A DNA stretch of 36,078 bases. Source: a bacterium. Its GTDB lineage: Bacteria > T1Sed10-126. The DNA lies in the NCBI GenBank assembly GCA_051744565.1, contig JBNJDC010000001.1, forward strand, positions 1-36,078, read 5' to 3'. A model generated the notes under the pieces. That model was not told where the DNA came from. It saw only the letters and a program-made list of their open reading frames with translations, and did no database searches. Made by a program: the position numbers and the translations under genes. Positions 1-9,633 of this stretch are shown piece after piece. Position 1 is the first letter of the stretch. Each line of letters opens with the position of its first letter.

Positions 1-1
1 T

Positions 2-250
2 AAAAGCGATGATTATCAGGAACCGGAAGAATTTCAGGAAGCAATGGATCGCCTCGAAGAGGTTACCTCCGAACTGGAGAGCGGTGATTTACCGCTGGAG
101 CTGGCTATGGATCATTACCAGGAAGGACTAAAATTGATAGAATTTTGTGAAGAGCGCCTGGAGGAAGCTGAACTTCTTGTGGAAAAAATAGAGGATCCGG
201 GTGCTGACGTTGATAAACCCGGGCGACCGGGGCAACATGACGATGAGTGA
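2..250 (+). CDS. xseB: Exodeoxyribonuclease VII small subunit; 5' end probably cut by the window edge
   Basis: The motif EEFQEAMDRLEEVTSELESGDLPLELAM matches the XseB core (F..A...LE.IV..LESGDL.LE). The frame stays open from nt 2 with no start codon before M44, so the true start is likely upstream. It sits in the classical xseB-ispA-dxs order. Confidence 0.85.
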   Translation, partial: KSDDYQEPEEFQEAMDRLEEVTSELESGDLPLELAMDHYQEGLKLIEFCEERLEEAELLVEKIEDPGADVDKPGRPGQHDDE

Positions 251-1142
251 ATTTAGTTTTCCTGCTTTTTACCAAAAACAGAAGGAGCGGGTGGAGTCGG
301 CTATAGAAAACTGGCTTCCGACTCCGGAAGAAGTTCCTGCCCCCCTGGGGCGGGCAATGAACTACAGCGTCCTCAACGGGGGCAAAAGATTGCGCGGGGT
401 GCTGGTCCTGGAAGCTGCCCGCCTGGGGAAAGTCCAGCGGAACGAAATATTTGAGGCCCTGTCGGCTGTTGTGGAACTGATACATGCTTATTCTCTGGTT
501 CACGACGATTTACCGGCAATGGATGATGATGACTTCCGTCGGGGCAAGCCCAGCTGTCACCGTGAATTTGGTGAGGATATGGCAATTTTATGCGGGGATT
601 CTCTTCTGACGCTGGCCTTTGGGATCGTGGGGGGTATGGATGGTGAACGTTTGTCCGAAAAAATTAGAGCTGAGATTATTAGCAGGGTTGCTGCAGCTTC
701 CGGCTGGCAGGGTTTAATTGGCGGGCAGGTGGAGGATTTAAAGGCCACCGGTAAAGAGTTAACCCTGGAAGAATTACAGCAGTTGCATTCCAAGAAAACC
801 GGGGCTCTTATTACCCTCTGCCTGGCAGTGGGGGCAAGAGCTGCGGAAGTAGAGGACAATATAGTCAATGATCTGGAAAAGTTCGGGCAAAAAATTGGAC
901 TGGCTTTTCAAATCAAGGATGATCTTCTGGACATCCAGGGGAGTTTTGAAAAAGTGGGCAAAGATATAAATTCAGATTCCGACGGGGACAAATCAACTTA
1001 TCCCCGCCTGCTCGGGGAAAATAAAGCCCAGCAAATGATGGAAAAGTTAATTGAAGAGGCGGTGCAGTTGCTGGAAGGCAAACCTATTCCCTCGGGGAGG
1101 TTAATTGAACTGGCCCGGGTGGTTGCTAATCGTGATTGTTAG
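237..1142 (+). CDS. ispA: Polyprenyl (farnesyl/geranylgeranyl) diphosphate synthase
   Basis: The first Asp-rich motif is LVHDDLPAMDDDDFRRGKP and the second is FQIKDDLLD. ATG 237 overlaps the xseB stop. The track ORF begins at GTG 201, inside xseB. Confidence 0.9.
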   Translation: MTMSEFSFPAFYQKQKERVESAIENWLPTPEEVPAPLGRAMNYSVLNGGKRLRGVLVLEAARLGKVQRNEIFEALSAVVELIHAYSLVHDDLPAMDDDDFRRGKPSCHREFGEDMAILCGDSLLTLAFGIVGGMDGERLSEKIRAEIISRVAAASGWQGLIGGQVEDLKATGKELTLEELQQLHSKKTGALITLCLAVGARAAEVEDNIVNDLEKFGQKIGLAFQIKDDLLDIQGSFEKVGKDINSDSDGDKSTYPRLLGENKAQQMMEKLIEEAVQLLEGKPIPSGRLIELARVVANRDC

Positions 1143-1190
1143 TGGAAGAGATGAATCAGGCTCCGGAATTGTAATAGGGAGGTTTATAAA

Positions 1191-3086
1191 ATGAGTAAAT
1201 GGGTGGATAAAATAAATTCACCGGATGATTTGAAAGAAATAGAGGAAGGAAAACTGCCGGAGGTGGCCCGGGACTGTCGCCAGCGGTTAATTGAAGTGGT
1301 GGCCCGCAGCGGCGGGCATTTTGGCCCCAATTTAGGGGTGGTGGAACTTACTGTAGCTCTCCATTATATTTTCAATTCTCCCCGGGATAAAATCATCTGG
1401 GACGTTGGTCACCAGGGATATGTTCATAAAATGTTGACGGGGAGAAATGACCGGCTGGAATCAATCCGGCAGAAGGGCGGATTAAGCGGGTTCCTAAAAC
1501 GCTCGGAATCCCAACATGATATTTTTAACGCTGGCCATGCTTCCACCTCCATATCGGCTGCAACCGGGGTTGCGGAAGCTCTTGCCGGTAAAGATGAAGA
1601 CGGAGAAGTCCTGGCGGTGATTGGCGATGGTTCTTTAACAGGGGGAATGTCTTTTGAAGGTTTGAATAATGCCGGCGGGGAAGAATCGGATTTGATTGTT
1701 GTTTTAAATGACAACGGGATGGCTATTGCCGAAAACGTGGGGGCCATTAATGAATATTTTGACCGGCTGATCCATCTGCCCGCCTATGAACAGGTGAAGA
1801 ATGAAATCGAGAGAATACTGGATGCAATCCCTCAATTCGGGAAATCAGCCCTGGGGTTGGCCCGGAGAGTTGAAAGAAGTGTAAAAAACCTGGTGATTCC
1901 CCAGTTGATGTTTGAGGAGCTTGGTTTTAAATATTTTGGGCCGGTGGACGGCCATGATACCGGGAAATTACTCCGGGAGTTTGAACGAATCAAACAGTAC
2001 GACGGCCCTCGCTTTGTTCACGTGATAACTGAAAAAGGTCATGGCTATAAACCGGCCGAAGAGGACACTTACGCCAGTCATGCAACGGTTCCTTTTGACA
2101 TTGAAACCGGTCAGCCGGTTGAGGAACAGGAAGATCCCGCCGCCAAATGGTCGCAGAGAGTTGGCCAGACACTTTCCAAAATAGGTGATGGAGATGAGGA
2201 TTTAATAACAATTACAGCGGCTATGAAGAAAGGAACGGGAACCGCTATATTTGAAAAGAACCATCCCGAGCGATTTTATGACGTGGGGATAGCCGAACAG
2301 CATGCGGTTACTTTTGCGGGCGGCCTGGCGGCGGAGGGGAAGAAACCCGCGGTTTGCATTTATTCCACCTTTCTGCAGCGGGCTTACGACCAGGTGTTCC
2401 ATGACGTTTGTCTTATGGAGCTTCCGGTTAAGTTTTTCCTGGATCGGGCGGGAATTGTTGGCGGGGACGGTGAAACACACCAGGGGATATTTGATTTGTC
2501 TTATTTGCGGCCGCTCCCCAACATCGTTGTTGGTGCTCCGGGGAGCTCGCGGGAACTTGAGCATTTCATCAATACTGCAGTAAATTACAACGAAGGACCG
2601 ATAGCGGTGCGTTATCCCCGGGCCCGGGTTACGGAAGCAGAGTCCCTGGAAACGGATGATTTAGACCGCCTGGAGATTGGCCGGGGCAAGAAAATACGTG
2701 AGGGAAAAGATGTGGCGCTGGTTGCCCTCGGGCCGATGGTGCAACGGGCGCAGAAGGCGGCAATGTTGCTTAACGAGCGGGGAGTTGATGCGACGGTAAT
2801 TAACGCTCGCTGGGCTAAACCGCTTGATGAAGAACTTATCCTCCAGGCAGCCGAACAGACCGGGGCAGTAGTTACTGTTGAAGAAGGTATCCTGGACGGA
2901 GGGTTTGGTTCAGCGGTTTTGGAACTTTTAAACGGAAATAATAAATATTTACCAGTTGAACGGATGGGAATTCCAGAGGGGATAGTTAGCCACGGTCAGC
3001 GCGAGGAATACCTGGAGGAGTTTGACTTAACCGGCCAGGGAATTGCCCGGCGGGCCCGTGGGCTGGTTGAAGGCAGTGAAGTATAG
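1191..3086 (+). CDS. dxs: 1-deoxy-D-xylulose-5-phosphate synthase
   Basis: The protein is 631 aa. It has DVGHQGYVHKMLTGR and the ThDP-binding GDGSLTGGMSFEGLNNAG...LNDN motif, plus a transketolase-like C-terminal half. An AGGGAGG SD lies upstream. Confidence 0.95.
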   Translation: MSKWVDKINSPDDLKEIEEGKLPEVARDCRQRLIEVVARSGGHFGPNLGVVELTVALHYIFNSPRDKIIWDVGHQGYVHKMLTGRNDRLESIRQKGGLSGFLKRSESQHDIFNAGHASTSISAATGVAEALAGKDEDGEVLAVIGDGSLTGGMSFEGLNNAGGEESDLIVVLNDNGMAIAENVGAINEYFDRLIHLPAYEQVKNEIERILDAIPQFGKSALGLARRVERSVKNLVIPQLMFEELGFKYFGPVDGHDTGKLLREFERIKQYDGPRFVHVITEKGHGYKPAEEDTYASHATVPFDIETGQPVEEQEDPAAKWSQRVGQTLSKIGDGDEDLITITAAMKKGTGTAIFEKNHPERFYDVGIAEQHAVTFAGGLAAEGKKPAVCIYSTFLQRAYDQVFHDVCLMELPVKFFLDRAGIVGGDGETHQGIFDLSYLRPLPNIVVGAPGSSRELEHFINTAVNYNEGPIAVRYPRARVTEAESLETDDLDRLEIGRGKKIREGKDVALVALGPMVQRAQKAAMLLNERGVDATVINARWAKPLDEELILQAAEQTGAVVTVEEGILDGGFGSAVLELLNGNNKYLPVERMGIPEGIVSHGQREEYLEEFDLTGQGIARRARGLVEGSEV

Positions 3087-3864
3087 ACCGCTTGTTCGAG
3101 AACTCGTCCGCCGGGAGCTGGTTGGTAGTGAGGGTGAAGCCCGGGAGATTGTTGAGGCGGGGCGAGTTAAAGTCAACGGATTTCCCGTTGATAATCCACA
3201 ATCGGAGGTAGATAAGGAAACCGACCTGGTGATAGTAGAAAATGATTCCCCCGACTGGGTGGGCAGGGGAGCCAAAAAAATATGGCCGGTGCTGAAAAGT
3301 CAGCGGCTGGATGTTACCGATAAAATTTGTGTGGATATAGGTGCTTCAACCGGTGGTTTCACCCAGGCCTTACTGCGGGCGGGAGCCCGCCGGGTTTACG
3401 CGGTGGATGTTGGTTATGGCCAGCTTGCCTACCGGCTACGCCAGAATGATAAGGTGCAGGTCAGGGACCGGTATAATTTTCGTTATGCTGAAAAAGTAGA
3501 TTTCGAACCAGCGCCTTCGACTTTTGTGATGGATGTTTCGTTTATTTCAACTTTAAAATTACTTCCGGCCCTGGGAAAAATATTAACTGCGGAGGGCCGG
3601 GGCATTTTATTAATTAAACCTCAGTTTGAAGCCCCCCGAAAACAGGTTAAAGATGGTATAATTAAAGATCCGGAAGTGTGGCGAGAAACTCTGCAAACTG
3701 TTATTTCCGGCTGGGAAGAGGAAGGGTGGGGCTGTTTTGGGCTTGATGTCTCACCGCTGGCCGGTGGTGAAGGCAACAGGGAGTTTGTTGCTCTGATGAG
3801 TAGAGATCAAAAAAAAGATTATCGCCCCTTAATTGACAGGGCGGTCAACAAAGCAAAACAGTAA
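3076..3864 (+). CDS. tlyA: TlyA-family rRNA 2'-O-methyltransferase (S4 domain plus FtsJ-like MTase)
   Basis: The S4-like N-terminus is KYRPLVRELVRRELVGSEGEAREIVEAGRVKVNG and the SAM motif is VDIGASTGGFTQ. GTG 3076 gives the N-terminus typical of the family. The track start at 3043 is a TTG inside dxs. Confidence 0.85.
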   Translation: MKYRPLVRELVRRELVGSEGEAREIVEAGRVKVNGFPVDNPQSEVDKETDLVIVENDSPDWVGRGAKKIWPVLKSQRLDVTDKICVDIGASTGGFTQALLRAGARRVYAVDVGYGQLAYRLRQNDKVQVRDRYNFRYAEKVDFEPAPSTFVMDVSFISTLKLLPALGKILTAEGRGILLIKPQFEAPRKQVKDGIIKDPEVWRETLQTVISGWEEEGWGCFGLDVSPLAGGEGNREFVALMSRDQKKDYRPLIDRAVNKAKQ

Positions 3865-3897
3865 GAGATTGCTCTAAATTGATAGAGGGAGACGACA

Positions 3898-5562
3898 ATG
3901 CTTCAGTCATTAACGGTTAAAAACCTGGCCCTGGTGGATAGGGTTCGGGTTGATTTTTCGGAAGGGTTAAATGTGATTACCGGGCCCACCGGTGCCGGAA
4001 AAACTTTATTGATTGAAGCGCTCCAGCTGGCTCTCGGGGGGCGGGCGGATTTTGAATTACTCAACGATTCCGGGGCCCGGGGAGTGGTCTCGTCATTTTT
4101 TACTCTGCCGGAAGAAAAACTTGCTGGTATAGAAAACGAAGTGGTGGAAGAAGAACTCCAGTTTCGCCGCGTGTTGAAGCCGACCCGGCAGAGTGAAGCG
4201 TATTTAAATGACGAACGGGTTCGCCTGCAGTCTCTGCGGGAAATACGCAGTGAACTTATTGATTTTCACGGCCAGCATGATCAACAGGCGGTGTTTGAAA
4301 AAGATTTCCCCCGCCGGGTTCTTGACAGGTACGGGGATTATGATCGTTACCTGGCCGACTACCGTGAGATTTATGAGCAATACCGCCAGGTGGAAAAAAA
4401 ATTGGAAGAACTTACTGCTCCGGATGCTGATTATCGCCAGGAGCTGGAGTTGCTTCAATACCAGCTGGAAGAACTGGAAGAGTTTTCTCCTGGAGAGGGT
4501 GAATGGTCCCAAATTGAAGAGAAAAGACGGCGCCTGGAGGCCCGGGAAGATATTGATCGCCAGCTTCGGGAAGCAATAAATATTCTTGACGGTGAAGAAT
4601 CACCGGGGGGGCAGGTTGATCGGCTGATTGATCTTGTGGGAGAGGCAGCTCAGCACCTGGAAGAGCTTGAACCCTGGCCCGGGGAACTGGAAAATATGGA
4701 GGACAGGCTTTCCGAGTTGCGCCTCCGTTTGCGCGAGGAGAGGGAGGGGCTGGAACATTCGGCCGGGGAATACGAAGACTTGATGAACCGGCGGGGAAAG
4801 TGGTTGCAACTGGCCCGTAAATATAATGTCCCGCCCGAGGGATTGTATTCTTATTACGAAAAAAAACGACAGCGGCTGGACAAACTTGAAAATCGTAAGG
4901 AGAATATTAAAAAGTTAAAGGAACAAAGGGAAAAACTCTCCCCCCGGCTGGAAGAAAAGGGAAATAAATTGTCGGAGCAACGAAAAAAAACAGCCGAAAA
5001 GTTGAGTTCGGAAGTTAGCAGCCGCCTGGAGAAATTAAATCTGGAAGAAGCCATTTTTCGGGTTGAGGTTGAAGAAAAAGATTTCGGGAGCAACGGAGCT
5101 GATGAAGTCCGCTGGCTTTTTTCCTCCCATTCTTCTCAGCAGCCGGGTCCTCTGGCTGAGCGGATCTCCGGGGGAGAAATCTCCCGGGTATTGTTAGCTG
5201 TAAAATCAGCCCTGACCGGGGCGGACACAACTCTCACTCTTGTTTTTGATGAAATTGATACCGGTATTTCCGGGGAAGAGGCGGACAGCGTGGGGGAGTT
5301 GCTGGCGGAGCTGGCCCGCTATCAGCAGGTGATAGTTATAACTCACCTGCCGATTGTTGCCGCCCACGGGGACCGCCACATTCAGCTTAATCGCAACGAT
5401 ACCCGGGAGAAGGTGGAAGTGAATGCGGAGGTTCTCACGGGAGAGAGCCGGCTGGAAGAATTAAGCCGCCTGCTCTCCGGCGATCGCGGGTCGGAAGTTT
5501 CGCGGCGCCAGGCTGAAAAATTATTGAACGAACGCGGTTTAAAAAACGGAAGGAGCAAGTAA
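3898..5562 (+). CDS. recN: DNA repair protein RecN
   Basis: It has a Walker A (GPTGAGKT), a long central coiled coil, an SMC-like signature (GGEISRVLLA) and a Walker B (LVFDEIDTGISG). Confidence 0.95.
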   Translation: MLQSLTVKNLALVDRVRVDFSEGLNVITGPTGAGKTLLIEALQLALGGRADFELLNDSGARGVVSSFFTLPEEKLAGIENEVVEEELQFRRVLKPTRQSEAYLNDERVRLQSLREIRSELIDFHGQHDQQAVFEKDFPRRVLDRYGDYDRYLADYREIYEQYRQVEKKLEELTAPDADYRQELELLQYQLEELEEFSPGEGEWSQIEEKRRRLEAREDIDRQLREAINILDGEESPGGQVDRLIDLVGEAAQHLEELEPWPGELENMEDRLSELRLRLREEREGLEHSAGEYEDLMNRRGKWLQLARKYNVPPEGLYSYYEKKRQRLDKLENRKENIKKLKEQREKLSPRLEEKGNKLSEQRKKTAEKLSSEVSSRLEKLNLEEAIFRVEVEEKDFGSNGADEVRWLFSSHSSQQPGPLAERISGGEISRVLLAVKSALTGADTTLTLVFDEIDTGISGEEADSVGELLAELARYQQVIVITHLPIVAAHGDRHIQLNRNDTREKVEVNAEVLTGESRLEELSRLLSGDRGSEVSRRQAEKLLNERGLKNGRSK

Positions 5563-5566
5563 ATTT

Positions 5567-6229
5567 ATGGTGGCAAACTTGAGTGGCGGTGAAATTGTTC
5601 TCCAGGTTGCGGTCCTTATCCTGGCTATCAGTGCCCATGAGTCGGCCCATGCTTACGTGGCCGACCTGCGGGGAGATTCGACCGCCCGGAAGCGGGGCCG
5701 GATATCGTTTAATCCCCTGGTTCACGTGGATCTTTTTGGGACTATACTTCTCCCCGCTTTTTTAATTATTTCCGGGGCACCTTTTTTGTTTGGCTGGGCA
5801 AAACCGGTTCCCGTTAATCCGCAAAATTTACAAAATCCCCGCCGGGACAAGGCCTGGGTTTCCCTCGCCGGGCCGGCGGCAAATTTTATCCTGGCCCTGG
5901 TGGGCATCCTCATTTTTGCCTTGTTTTTTCCTTTTGTAAAACAGGTGGAAGGTTTGCCAGAACTTATAACATATAATACGGTAATAAACAGTCTGCTGGC
6001 GGTTTTTAACCTCCTGCCCGTCCCGCCCCTCGACGGGGGAGGAATCGCCGAATATCTGCTGCCCCGAAAGGAAAGGCGCTGGTTGCAACAGAATAGATTT
6101 GTGGTCTTTGCGATCTTTATTTTCTTGATGATGACCGGAGTTCTTTCGCAATTTTTACAGTTTTTCTTAAGAATTGCTCTCAGCCTGCAATACGGGCTGG
6201 CAGAGATTATATGGTCAATTGTTTTTTAA
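5567..6229 (+). CDS. Site-2 protease family (peptidase M50) membrane metalloprotease
   Basis: The HExxH motif (HESAHA) lies in the first TM segment. The protein is multi-pass hydrophobic with an LPVPPLDGG motif. It starts 4 nt after recN. Confidence 0.8.
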   Translation: MVANLSGGEIVLQVAVLILAISAHESAHAYVADLRGDSTARKRGRISFNPLVHVDLFGTILLPAFLIISGAPFLFGWAKPVPVNPQNLQNPRRDKAWVSLAGPAANFILALVGILIFALFFPFVKQVEGLPELITYNTVINSLLAVFNLLPVPPLDGGGIAEYLLPRKERRWLQQNRFVVFAIFIFLMMTGVLSQFLQFFLRIALSLQYGLAEIIWSIVF

Positions 6230-6231
6230 TT

Positions 6232-6262
6232 CCGGGGAAGTTTTTGCCCCGGGTATTTTTTT
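6232..6262 (+). terminator. Rho-independent terminator closing the xseB-to-M50 operon
   Basis: Stem CCGGGG (6232-6237) pairs with CCCCGG (6247-6252) around a 9-nt loop. A T7 run follows at 6256-6262. It begins 3 nt after the stop codon. Confidence 0.7.
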
Positions 6263-6283
6263 GAGTTCGGGAGATTGATATAA

Positions 6284-7378
6284 ATGTTAAACATTGGTCC
6301 TCATCGCTATCATTCGGCTAAAGGAGCCCTGCAGGATTTGGGGGGGTTTTTAGAGCCCCTGGGTGAACGTGCCCTGGTTATTGCCGGGAAAACTGCCCTG
6401 GATCGGTTTGAAGATGTCATTCGCGCTTCGCTGAAGGAATCGATGATTGGAGTTTCTTTTGAAGTATGTCTCGGCGAATGTTGTCTGCCGGAAATAGAGC
6501 GGTTGATGGATAAAGTGGAAAGTGAAAAAGCTGATATAATTATCGGCGCCGGTGGCGGAAAAACGCTTGATACGGCAAAATACGTCGGAGAGTTAAGCGA
6601 GAACAGCGTAGTTACTGTTCCAACTGTCGCCAGCACCTGTGCCGGTTATACAAACAAGGTATATATTTTTAATGAGGAAGGGGAGTTTATTAAGCAGGAA
6701 ACTTTATCAAACTGTCCTGATTTGCTTCTGCTGGATTATAAAGTTGCCGGTCTGGCTCCCAGTCGTTTCCTGGCGGCCGGGATGGCAAATGCTTATGCGG
6801 TTTCCCGGGGGATAGGCCTCTCGCAGGAGGATTTGAAGTCAAGTCAGCCCCTTCAGATAGCTTATGAGCTATCCGGACATATTCGAGAAGGTCTGCAAAA
6901 CCAGGGCGGCGGTGCTATAGCTGATGCAAAAAAGGGAGAGGTAACCAGCACAATTGAATCGATTATTGAAATTAATATTCTTGAGACGGGGTTGGTGAGT
7001 TGCCTGGGGGGCAAAGCATTTAGCGCCAACCTGGCCCAGATGCTTGCCAATCAGCTTTATCGTTACTGTGATGAAAAAGTTTTATCCGGTGAACTGGTAG
7101 GATTTGGGACGCTGGTGACTGAAACTTTAAAGGGAAAAGATAGTGAAGAATTGAAAAAACTATATGAATTTTATCGGGATATTAACATACCGCTGACTCT
7201 GGAGGAGCTCAATTTACCGGAAAACCAGAGGGAAAATATAATTGAGGAAGCGGCCACGGAGATTGTAAATCAGCTGGAAGACTGGATGTTCTCGTTTGAA
7301 ATAACCCCGAAAAAACTGGTTAAAACGGTGCTGAAAACTGATTCGCGAGGCCAGGAAATAATCCAGGACGGTATTTAA
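6284..7378 (+). CDS. Glycerol dehydrogenase-like / iron-containing alcohol dehydrogenase family protein with non-canonical active site
   Basis: IIGAGGGKTLDTAKY and VPTVASTCAGYT align with GldA VGGGKTLDTAKA and VPTAASTDAPTS. The C-terminal SGELVGFGTL aligns with HGEKVAFGTL. The metal ligands appear substituted (see findings). Confidence 0.75.
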   Translation: MLNIGPHRYHSAKGALQDLGGFLEPLGERALVIAGKTALDRFEDVIRASLKESMIGVSFEVCLGECCLPEIERLMDKVESEKADIIIGAGGGKTLDTAKYVGELSENSVVTVPTVASTCAGYTNKVYIFNEEGEFIKQETLSNCPDLLLLDYKVAGLAPSRFLAAGMANAYAVSRGIGLSQEDLKSSQPLQIAYELSGHIREGLQNQGGGAIADAKKGEVTSTIESIIEINILETGLVSCLGGKAFSANLAQMLANQLYRYCDEKVLSGELVGFGTLVTETLKGKDSEELKKLYEFYRDINIPLTLEELNLPENQRENIIEEAATEIVNQLEDWMFSFEITPKKLVKTVLKTDSRGQEIIQDGI

Positions 7379-8307
7379 TTTTCAGATTTAGTATTTTGGC
7401 GGGGCAACCAGCCGATATCACCGTTCTGCAGGATGACCTGGATCCACTCGTCCGTTCTTTCAATCACTTTAAGGGGGAACTGTTCAGGCAGTATGTGGTG
7501 GCCTCTAAATTGAAATTTAGGTTGAGATCTCAGGGTGTTTTCATCCACTTCCTCTTCGGCTAAAGTGAGGGCGTCTTCAGGTGGGGTTAAGAATACGGGC
7601 TCAACCATCTTTTCGTTGACCCAGCCGTTAGCTCCTATGTGATTTCGGATGCGATACCAGTCCGCTCGTCGTCCGAGCAGGCGTAGTTTCTGGTATCGAT
7701 ATACCCGGCCCCGGATAGAGAATTGACGTCCGGGCCCACTTCTAAAGTTGGCGGCTTTTTCTTTTACTATTAGATGGTTGTGGTCCTCAAATTCATCTGG
7801 GTTAAGTTTTTCAGTAGCTTCCTTCAGGGAAGGTTTATCTTCCGTGAGATTATCCACCACCGGTCGGGGAACTTTTAACTGGCGGACGAGAGATCGGTAT
7901 ATCCAGCCCAGTTGACCGTCCTCAAGCTGAACGCGGTACCATTGGTTGAATCGATCCAGGGGGAACAATAAATCCCCGCCCGAGGGAGTTGCCGCAATTT
8001 CATAGTCTGTCCCCGGTCCTGCCCGGAGGTTTACCTGGTTATATTTTCTTTTTATTCCCAGCATTTCTATTCTTTCGCCTTCGTAATCCAGAAATAATTC
8101 CCAGTTATCAGGGGTAAGTTCGGCAGTATCCACCCTGTCTTCTTCCTTCTCTTCCGTTTGTTGTTCGCTGGAGTTCACCAGGCGCGGATTCTGGACATTT
8201 TTTTGCGGTTTTTTGCTGGAGCTGGCCCAGTAATAAGTTCCGGCCAGGCTGAGAAAAAACATAATAATTCCCGAACCAACAATCGTTAATAGCGGATATT
8301 TTTTCAC
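7375..8307 (-). CDS. Membrane-anchored protein with three bacterial SH3 (SH3b) repeats
   Basis: It has an N-terminal TM (LLTIVGSGIIMFFLSLAGTYYW). Three repeats follow of the type VNLRAGPGTDYEI...WYRVQLEDGQLGWI, ANFRSGPGRQFSI...WYRIRNHIGANGWV and TLRSQP...WIQVILQNGDIGWL. The start is GTG with an AGGAG SD 6 nt upstream. Confidence 0.7.
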   Translation of the reverse strand: MKKYPLLTIVGSGIIMFFLSLAGTYYWASSSKKPQKNVQNPRLVNSSEQQTEEKEEDRVDTAELTPDNWELFLDYEGERIEMLGIKRKYNQVNLRAGPGTDYEIAATPSGGDLLFPLDRFNQWYRVQLEDGQLGWIYRSLVRQLKVPRPVVDNLTEDKPSLKEATEKLNPDEFEDHNHLIVKEKAANFRSGPGRQFSIRGRVYRYQKLRLLGRRADWYRIRNHIGANGWVNEKMVEPVFLTPPEDALTLAEEEVDENTLRSQPKFQFRGHHILPEQFPLKVIERTDEWIQVILQNGDIGWLPRQNTKSEN

Positions 8308-8331
8308 TGGAATCTCCTGTATTTTTAATGG

Positions 8332-8359
8332 TTACTTGTTGCTTGTCGAAGGGTATAAT
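8332..8359 (+). promoter_or_regulatory. Candidate sigma70-type promoter (TTACTT-16 nt-TATAAT) for the 8475 gene
   Basis: The -35 is at 8332-8337 and a perfect -10 TATAAT is at 8354-8359. It lies in the divergent intergenic region. Confidence 0.3.
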
Positions 8360-8474
8360 ATTATAACTTAAGTCGGAAGGTTTCAAACGAGAGCATGCAT
8401 TCTGAGTAATAATAAGTTATGGATTTCTAATTGCTGGTAGTTGTTTTATAAAGAACTTCTGTGAGGTGATAGGG

Positions 8475-8936
8475 ATGAAGTATCTTGTTGGTGGTCAAAT
8501 TTTTGATGATTACATCCGCGAAGCGGTGTATAAAGATACGCAGGTGGAAGGCGAGTCTGTTGCGCTCACTGCAGAAGTAATTTACCGGCTTATTTCCCCC
8601 GGGGAGCTTGACTTTGGTGGCAGTGAATTTAAAGCTGCCGCCCGGGAACAAATTGAACCAGAACGGCGGGATCCTTCTGATGATTACGGTTGGTGGGAAT
8701 TGCCAGAAGGGGGTTATATAATTCAGCTGAATGAGATCCCGGAGATTTCGGAGGAGGCCACCGGTATTCTCCAGCCGCATGAACATCTGCTTGCGGGGGG
8801 GAGTTTTCATCCGACTCTCTGGCTGGATAACAAGCATTCGCAAGAAAAAATATTGTTGCCCCTGCATGTAAATAAACCGGGGTTAAATATAAAAGAAAAT
8901 GCCCGGGTATCAAAACTTAAAATTATAGAGAGTTAG
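8475..8936 (+). CDS. Hypothetical protein, possibly dUTPase/dCTP-deaminase fold
   Basis: ATG 8475 lies 6 nt after a GAGGTG SD. The layout VEGESVALTAEVIYRL..GELDFGG...WWELPEGGYIIQLNEIPEISEEATGILQPHEHLLAGG resembles archaeal-type dUTPase/Dcd proteins by eye only. Confidence 0.35.
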   Translation: MKYLVGGQIFDDYIREAVYKDTQVEGESVALTAEVIYRLISPGELDFGGSEFKAAAREQIEPERRDPSDDYGWWELPEGGYIIQLNEIPEISEEATGILQPHEHLLAGGSFHPTLWLDNKHSQEKILLPLHVNKPGLNIKENARVSKLKIIES

Positions 8937-9633
8937 AAGCGGCGGCGCTAAAGTATTTTAGCCAGGCGGGAGTTTTAAAAAGTTTAACAAGCAGGTTGTT
9001 TAGTTGTTTGCAGGCTGAATTTTGCAATTTCTTAATATCTTCAATTTCTGTATTTTCACCAGTGTCGGATATAATGCGAAAACTGAACCATTCGGGGGTC
9101 ATCCCGCCAGTTTTAAGTTCGTTGAGTAAGGGGTATGTTTCCATATCAATTGCTTCGGCGGAAAATTTTTTACGCATTCTACGGCGTTCATCCGCCTTAA
9201 CAACTGGTGAATTTACGCTGTACAGAAGTCCGGAAGTTATATTTCCCGGGAGTATATTTGTATTCTGGAGAGTTTCTTTTGTCATTTTTTGCAGGATATT
9301 ATTGGCCTGGAAATTCTGGAGACTGTTAGGACCGGAAACTGTGTCAGGGAAAAATAGTTCATGTTTTTCGTATTGATCTCCTGTTGCTCCGCAGGTGCCG
9401 GTAATAAAGATCGGCCGCTCAAAAAAAGAATTGGGGCGGGAGTTGATCGTATTTTTTACATTTTTGTCCCCAATCCCGGTGGTAAATGCTGTGATCTGTT
9501 CTCCGCTATCGGCCAGGTGCCAGATGTTTTCACGGGAGTTGTCCGCTTGAAAATTCAGTTTACTAAGTAAGTTGTTTATCTCTGCTTTTCGGCTGGCAAC
9601 AAGCAGTAAACCTTTGCCCTTATTGAAGTTCAA
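8923..9633 (-). CDS. Nucleoside phosphorylase superfamily protein (MTA/SAH nucleosidase- or futalosine hydrolase-like)
   Basis: It shows the PNP_UDP_1-type pattern: LLLVASRKAEI, TTGIGDKNV, ITGTCGA and AIDMETYP. The TTG start overlaps the upstream aminotransferase stop (TTGA). Confidence 0.55.
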   Translation of the reverse strand: MNFNKGKGLLLVASRKAEINNLLSKLNFQADNSRENIWHLADSGEQITAFTTGIGDKNVKNTINSRPNSFFERPIFITGTCGATGDQYEKHELFFPDTVSGPNSLQNFQANNILQKMTKETLQNTNILPGNITSGLLYSVNSPVVKADERRRMRKKFSAEAIDMETYPLLNELKTGGMTPEWFSFRIISDTGENTEIEDIKKLQNSACKQLNNLLVKLFKTPAWLKYFSAAASNSL

